Positions 59,136 through 64,000 of a stretch of 64,000 nucleotides of DNA are shown one piece after another. The stretch spans positions 128,001 through 192,000 of the forward strand of contig CAVOYH010000004.1 of assembly GCA_963700635.1 (NCBI GenBank), read 5' to 3'. This DNA comes from an uncultured Bacteroidota bacterium (GTDB lineage Bacteria > Bacteroidota > Ignavibacteria > UBA10030 > UBA6906). Made by a program: the position numbers and the translations under genes. Each line of letters starts with the position of its first letter. Position 1 is the first letter of the stretch. The notes under the pieces are model-generated. The model was not told the DNA's origin. It ran no database searches and saw only the letters and a list, made by a program, of their open reading frames with translations.

Positions 59136-60230
59136 GTGACGCACCCGGAGCCCCTTCTGTTGAGTGAACCTCAGAGAATTCTCATAGTCCGCACCGATCG
59201 CCTCGGTGACGTCATTCTTACCCTTCCGATGCTTGCCCTCCTGCGATCACGCTACCCGACGGCAGTTCTGGGGATGCTCCTGAGCACCTATACCGGCCAG
59301 CTTGTGCGTGGACACCGCCACGCGGACACGCTCATCTGGTACGATCGCGACGGTGTGCCTCGTCCGGCCCGTGAACTCCTCCGCGAAATCCACAGTCATC
59401 AGTTCGATACGGTGTTTGTGGTACATCCGACACCACGCCTTGCATGGCTCATGTATCGTGCAGGAATTCCGGTGCGCATTGGAACCGGGTACCGTTTCTA
59501 CTCGTTTTTGTTCACGAAGAGGGTATTTGAACACCGGAAGGATGCGAGGTTTCACGAGCTTGAATACAATGTTCGACTCCTCAAGGTCCTGGATCCCGAA
59601 TTTACGGAAGAGGGACTACAACCAGATTTTGGTATCACAGTCGATCCCGGAGCGGTCGCGGGTGTGCAGAGCCGGCTGGCTGAGCTCGGAGTCCGGCCCG
59701 GTGAACGCCTGGTGGTCCTTCACCCGGGCAGCGGGGGATCTGCCAGAGACTGGCCCCTGGAGAGGTTTGCTCTCCTGGGGGGACGTCTGGCCCACGATGA
59801 GGGTGTGCGGCTGGTCGTAACCGGAGGTAAAGGGGAGGAGTCCGTCACCCGAAATCTGGCGGATCGTGTAGGGGGTGCTACGGTCTCTTTCTCAGGTACG
59901 CTCACGCTTCCGGAATTGGCGGCGCTTCTGGCGCAGGCCTCGCTGGTGGTGGCGAATTCCACAGGCCCCCTTCATCTTGCCTCCGCCCTGGGCACGCCTG
60001 TGGTGGGAATCTACCCCCAGCTGACCGCGATGAGTCCGCGCCGCTGGGGACCGTATGGACCTGTGAAAAGAGTGCTTGTCCCGGCTGAACCGGCGGATTG
60101 CCGGAAATGCCGGAACGGCAAGCGTTGCACCTGCATGGACACGATCTCCGTGGACGAGGTGTACGATGTTTCACAAGAGATACTTCAACAGACTTCGAAC
60201 CAGGGAAGGCGGAACAGTGCACATGCGTAA
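59136..60230 (+). CDS. Glycosyltransferase family 9 (LPS heptosyltransferase-like)
   Basis: ILIVRTDRLGD, HPGS, W...F, NSTGPLHLA.A.GTP and a C-terminal Cys cluster. Confidence 0.92.
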   Translation: MTHPEPLLLSEPQRILIVRTDRLGDVILTLPMLALLRSRYPTAVLGMLLSTYTGQLVRGHRHADTLIWYDRDGVPRPARELLREIHSHQFDTVFVVHPTPRLAWLMYRAGIPVRIGTGYRFYSFLFTKRVFEHRKDARFHELEYNVRLLKVLDPEFTEEGLQPDFGITVDPGAVAGVQSRLAELGVRPGERLVVLHPGSGGSARDWPLERFALLGGRLAHDEGVRLVVTGGKGEESVTRNLADRVGGATVSFSGTLTLPELAALLAQASLVVANSTGPLHLASALGTPVVGIYPQLTAMSPRRWGPYGPVKRVLVPAEPADCRKCRNGKRCTCMDTISVDEVYDVSQEILQQTSNQGRRNSAHA

Positions 60231-61230
60231 GTTTGCCCGATCAGAGTTTATGCCTCGTTTGGTACGACGGGTGCTCCCTCTGGTTCTCGTAACAGCAGGT
60301 ATCGTGTTCTTTCTTGCTGCACAAACGCAAAAGACAACCCGAAAGCCTGTTCGCCCCGCCAGCCGTGCACAGGCTGCGGCAGCCAGGGCTGACAGCCTCA
60401 GACGGTTACACATTGCAGATTCGCTTCGCACCGTTGCACGCGCTGCATTTGTTGCTGATTCGGCGCGAACGGCGGATTCTCTTGTTCTTCATCAGGCGGC
60501 GCTCCAGCGCGCCTCCACCTTTCGCACGATTCGTAATGAGGCTTTCGGTGTGGGCGAACGGTTGGTGTTTGATGTGAATTTCGGATTCATCACGGCCGGC
60601 GAAGCCGTGATGGCCGTCGCCCGGTTTGATTCAGTCGCCGGGCGCAAGTGTTTCCGGATCGAGTTCTCGGTCAATTCACTCCCCAGTTTCTCCTGGATTT
60701 ACAAGGTGGAAGATCGGTATCTCACGTTTATTGATGTTGAATCAATCGCGCCCTGGCGGTTCGAGCAACATATCCGTGAAGGATCATACGTGCGCGATTT
60801 TGTGGCCGATTTTGACCATCGTAATAAGGTCGCCAGAACTACCGAGGGAGAATTTCCTATCCCTCCGTATGTGCATGATATCCTCTCCGCGTTCTACTAT
60901 GCGCGCACGGTGGATTACACAGGCCTGAAAACAGGCGACACGCTGATGCTCCATAACTTCTACAAAGACAAAAGTTACGAGCTCGTGATCAGGGTCCTGG
61001 GCCGGCAGGAACTTGAAGTGGGAGCAGGGACCTTCCGCACCATTGTGGTAGAGCCGCTCGTGAAAGAAGGCGGGCTGTTCAAGAGTGAGGGACGGATCGT
61101 GATCTGGTTGACCGATGACGAACGGAAGATCCCCGTCCGTGTGAACACGAAAGTCATCATTGGTTCCATTGATACAGAACTCCGGGAGTACTCCGGCATC
61201 GCAGGGCAGCTTCGTGCCCGGATCCGTTGA
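60223..61230 (+). CDS. DUF3108-like exported protein
   Basis: Signal/TM segment, AF..GE.L.F, DILSAFYYAR, V.AG.F.T and IWLTDD..KIPV. Start could be 60250. Confidence 0.75.
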   Translation: MRKFARSEFMPRLVRRVLPLVLVTAGIVFFLAAQTQKTTRKPVRPASRAQAAAARADSLRRLHIADSLRTVARAAFVADSARTADSLVLHQAALQRASTFRTIRNEAFGVGERLVFDVNFGFITAGEAVMAVARFDSVAGRKCFRIEFSVNSLPSFSWIYKVEDRYLTFIDVESIAPWRFEQHIREGSYVRDFVADFDHRNKVARTTEGEFPIPPYVHDILSAFYYARTVDYTGLKTGDTLMLHNFYKDKSYELVIRVLGRQELEVGAGTFRTIVVEPLVKEGGLFKSEGRIVIWLTDDERKIPVRVNTKVIIGSIDTELREYSGIAGQLRARIR

Positions 61231-61253
61231 CAGAAGTTCAGACAGGAGATAGT

Positions 61254-62213
61254 ATGGTACGACATCCGCGCGCCGATCTCTCACGGGTCCGGACAATATC
61301 CATCCGGGCGCGGAAGAGCAAGGTAACACCTGAGCAGTTCGCTGTTCCCTTCCAGAAGGACAAGGATTCCTTTGCCCGTTTTGTCAAGGGCATGCCGGAC
61401 ATTCTCGTAGCACGGGATTTGCGCCTTCTGGTGGACGACATTGTGCGCAGCGCGCGCAAACGGAAGCCGGTGGTTGTCATGATCGGGGGACACGTCATCA
61501 AGGTGGGCCTTGCGCCGGTCCTCATCGATCTGATGCGCCGCAAGGTCATAACCGCCGTGGCAATGAACAGCGCCGCGGCGATTCACGATGTGGAAACTGC
61601 GCTCTGGGGAAAAACATCGGAAGATGTGGCGGCGAACATGATGGATGGCCGGTTTGGCATGGCGAGGGAGACAGCGGAATTTATCAACGGGACGCTTCTG
61701 GAGGCCAGCCGCGGGCCGGATCAGGGGTATGGTGAGGCCCTCGGAGCCAGACTGGCTGCGGTAAAAGCACAATACCGGAAGGTCAGCCTTCTTGCAAGTG
61801 CCTATACCCTGGGCATTCCGGCCACCGTGCATGCTGCGATTGGAACCGATACGATTCATCAGCAGCCGACGATGGACGGTGGCGTCACCGGGGAGATGTC
61901 GTTCCGGGACTTCCGGACTCTCTGCGCAGTGTGCGGGCGGCTTACAAAAGACGGGGTAGTGCTCAACATAGGGAGCGCAGTGATCCTGCCGGAAGTGTTC
62001 CTCAAGGCACTGACGGTGGCCCGCAATCTGGGTGCGCGTGCGAAGGGGTTTACAACCGCGGTGTTTGACATGAACGCCCATTATCGACCCACGATGAATG
62101 TCCAACGTCGTCCCACACAGGATGGAGGAAAGGGGTTGTACATCATCGGGCATCACGAGATCATGGTGCCCTTGCTCGGCGCAATGATCGTTTCCAGAAT
62201 GCGCCATGAGTAA
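61254..62213 (+). CDS. Deoxyhypusine-synthase-like fold protein of unknown function
   Basis: GGHVIK.G, N.A..IHD.E, TSEDV, FGM..ET, TVH..IGTD, GSAVILPEVFLKAL and GHHE. aggaga RBS before ATG 61254. Confidence 0.65.
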   Translation: MVRHPRADLSRVRTISIRARKSKVTPEQFAVPFQKDKDSFARFVKGMPDILVARDLRLLVDDIVRSARKRKPVVVMIGGHVIKVGLAPVLIDLMRRKVITAVAMNSAAAIHDVETALWGKTSEDVAANMMDGRFGMARETAEFINGTLLEASRGPDQGYGEALGARLAAVKAQYRKVSLLASAYTLGIPATVHAAIGTDTIHQQPTMDGGVTGEMSFRDFRTLCAVCGRLTKDGVVLNIGSAVILPEVFLKALTVARNLGARAKGFTTAVFDMNAHYRPTMNVQRRPTQDGGKGLYIIGHHEIMVPLLGAMIVSRMRHE

Positions 62214-63126
62214 GAATCCCGGGGAACCACTTCCTGTGCACGAAGGCCCGACAAGGCCACTCCCATTTTTCCGCAGGATTCATGGTATTCCGTTCGTCCT
62301 GATTTCCCTTGCAAGCGTATTCTTCCTCTATCAGATTATCGCAGGGGGCGTAACCCTGCTCCTTGCAGGCGGGTCCATCACGGAGAATACCGTGCAATGG
62401 GTACGCTGGTCAACGCTTATCGGGCAGCTGCTGTTTATTCTTGTGCCAACGCTCGTGCTGACGCACCTGCGGTACGGGAGTATCATGCAGCCGTTGCGGC
62501 TCCGGCCGCCTGATCTGTCACAGCTTCTGGTCGTACTGGTGGGAATTTTCGCGTTGCAGCAGGTGTTGCAGGGATACATGCTGGTGCAGGACCTGATCCC
62601 GTTACCTGCCGGGGTGCAGCGGTGGGTGGACATGATCAAAGATATGTTTGAAGCGACGTACCGCCTGCTCGTCACGGCCAAGACCCCCGGGGAGTTACTA
62701 CTGGTGGTCTTCACCGTGGCCGTCGTCCCGGCGATTGCAGAGGAATTGCTGTTCAGGGGGCTCGTTCAGCGCGACCTGGAAACGCTGGTGAGCGGCAGGA
62801 CAAGCGCAGTGATCGCAGGCGTGATATTTGCCCTGTATCACATGAATCCGTTCAGTCTTGTCCCTCTTGTCACGCTCGGTATCGTGTTTGGCCTGATTGT
62901 CTATCGCTCCGGCAATATCACGCTTGCCATGGCCGCACATTTTATGAACAACTTTGTCGCGAGCATCGCTCTGTATCTGAATGTCGATGAAGATTTTCTG
63001 GTCACATCACCCGAAGGTGTGGGGAGTGCAGGCGACGTGGTGTTGAATACCTTCGTGTTTCTCATGGTTTTTGTGGGGGCAATGTACTACTTTATTCGCA
63101 TTACCAGGACATCTCACGCTGTTTAG
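62206..63126 (+). CDS. CPBP/Abi-family intramembrane glutamic/metalloprotease
   Basis: EELLFRG, FALYH and H..NN motifs with multiple TM segments. Confidence 0.9.
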   Translation: MSKNPGEPLPVHEGPTRPLPFFRRIHGIPFVLISLASVFFLYQIIAGGVTLLLAGGSITENTVQWVRWSTLIGQLLFILVPTLVLTHLRYGSIMQPLRLRPPDLSQLLVVLVGIFALQQVLQGYMLVQDLIPLPAGVQRWVDMIKDMFEATYRLLVTAKTPGELLLVVFTVAVVPAIAEELLFRGLVQRDLETLVSGRTSAVIAGVIFALYHMNPFSLVPLVTLGIVFGLIVYRSGNITLAMAAHFMNNFVASIALYLNVDEDFLVTSPEGVGSAGDVVLNTFVFLMVFVGAMYYFIRITRTSHAV

Positions 63127-63138
63127 GATGAGAAGCGC

Positions 63139-64000
63139 ATGGCAATCAGCAATCTTACAACACGGGTGCTTGTTGCACTTGTTGGCATTCCGGCGGTCGT
63201 CGTCGCCACGCTTATCGGAGGATACCTCTTTTTTGTGCTCGTCTTGACGATTTCACTTTTTGCCCTCAGGGAGTTTTATGCTCTGGCCCGGGCCAAAGGC
63301 TCCTCGCCGCAGCCGGTGCCAGGATACCTGATGGGGGTTCTCATGCTCTCAGTGTTCATGTACGATCGTCTTCATGTTGCGATACTCTCAGTGTTTCACA
63401 GCCGGGGTATGTCCGTTCCGTTTCCCACAATGGCGCAGGAGTTTCTGATTCTGCTCCTGATATGTGTTCCTCTTATTATCGTTCTGGAACTGTTTCGCGG
63501 CAAAGAACAGCCGCTGTTCAACATCGCCGTGACCATTATGGGAGCGCTGTACGTGTCCTTGTTCTTCGGCAGTCTGGTTGGCCTGCGCGAACTGTTTGTT
63601 CCCGCAGACTTCCCTGTGTATGCCCACTTTTCAATCATAGGAGCGGCTGTTCCGGCTGAGGTTGTCTCGACAATATACGGATGGGGGGGATGGACCGTTC
63701 TCACGTTTTTTATTGCCGTCTGGGTTTGTGATTCGGCTGCCTATTTTGCCGGAAGGGCATTCGGACGTCACAAACTCTTTGAACGCGTGAGCCCCAAAAA
63801 GACCTGGGAGGGTGCTGCTGCCGGTTTTGTGGGAGCGGTCGTGGCATTCCTGCTTATGAAGGCGTTAGTCCTGCCCTATCTGACCGTCACGCAGAGTCTT
63901 GTGTGCGGGTCCCTGGTCGGGCTCTTCGGGCAGCTCGGCGATCTTGCGGAGTCATTGCTCAAACGTGACGCAGGTGTCAAGGACTCTTCCACGATGATTC
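63139..64000 (+). CDS. cdsA: Phosphatidate cytidylyltransferase (3'-truncated by the window; absent from the ORF track)
   Basis: Manual translation: MAISNLTTRVLVA...WVCDSAAYFAG...SPKKTWEG...GDLAESLLKRDAGVKDS. Confidence 0.93.
   Translation, partial: MAISNLTTRVLVALVGIPAVVVATLIGGYLFFVLVLTISLFALREFYALARAKGSSPQPVPGYLMGVLMLSVFMYDRLHVAILSVFHSRGMSVPFPTMAQEFLILLLICVPLIIVLELFRGKEQPLFNIAVTIMGALYVSLFFGSLVGLRELFVPADFPVYAHFSIIGAAVPAEVVSTIYGWGGWTVLTFFIAVWVCDSAAYFAGRAFGRHKLFERVSPKKTWEGAAAGFVGAVVAFLLMKALVLPYLTVTQSLVCGSLVGLFGQLGDLAESLLKRDAGVKDSSTMI

Noticed and set aside
62206-63126. 'Abi' protein as phage defence
   Set aside because: CPBP proteases are widespread membrane proteases, and there is no defence-island context.
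116-63704. Many long antisense or alternate-frame ORFs in the track (e.g. 38064-39470, 16229-17248, 34039-35010, 48038-49090, 61281-62207)
   Set aside because: Shadows of well-supported genes in GC-rich DNA, with no recognisable motifs.
1-64000. tRNA, rRNA, CRISPR arrays, IS elements, prophage
   Set aside because: Intergenic gaps are all under about 250 nt. None showed cloverleaf motifs, direct-repeat arrays or transposase/integrase ORFs.

Overview
About 50 mostly housekeeping genes from a roughly 58% GC, diderm (LPS-making) bacterium. Gene styles and TTG-N20-TAnnTT promoters suggest the FCB superphylum (Ignavibacteria/Bacteroidota s.l.; inference only). I found no rRNA, tRNA, CRISPR array or mobile element. 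Core content: proline catabolism, peptide uptake and hydrolysis, phosphate/PPi handling (pit, DUF47, ppx, hppA, ppdK), uvrB, comF, gap/pgk/tpiA, ispG/ispD, folD, sucC, gatB, smc, lpxB/lpxK, queA, plsY/gpsA/cdsA, recG and dnaG. The best candidate for an uncharacterised system is a self-contained four-gene operon (53069-57174) with its own promoter and terminator. It encodes two non-canonical Ddl-like ATP-grasp ligases, a GNAT acetyltransferase and a KamA-type radical-SAM/PLP 2,3-aminomutase, which suggests an acetylated beta-amino-acid peptide pathway. Other notable items: a tightly coupled operon linking a nucleophile-less GH2-membrane fusion, smc, a degenerate HAD, an LmtA-like methyltransferase, lpxB and lpxK; an output-less pseudo-receiver-PAS-GAF-PAS protein; an unannotated 46-aa NSS-transporter partner; a bacterial MFSD1-like transporter; a DHS-fold protein beside a heptosyltransferase; and a gatB with no canonical start codon. 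Four genes carry single +1 frameshifts that are probably sequencing errors. All family calls come from motif recognition; no database search was run.
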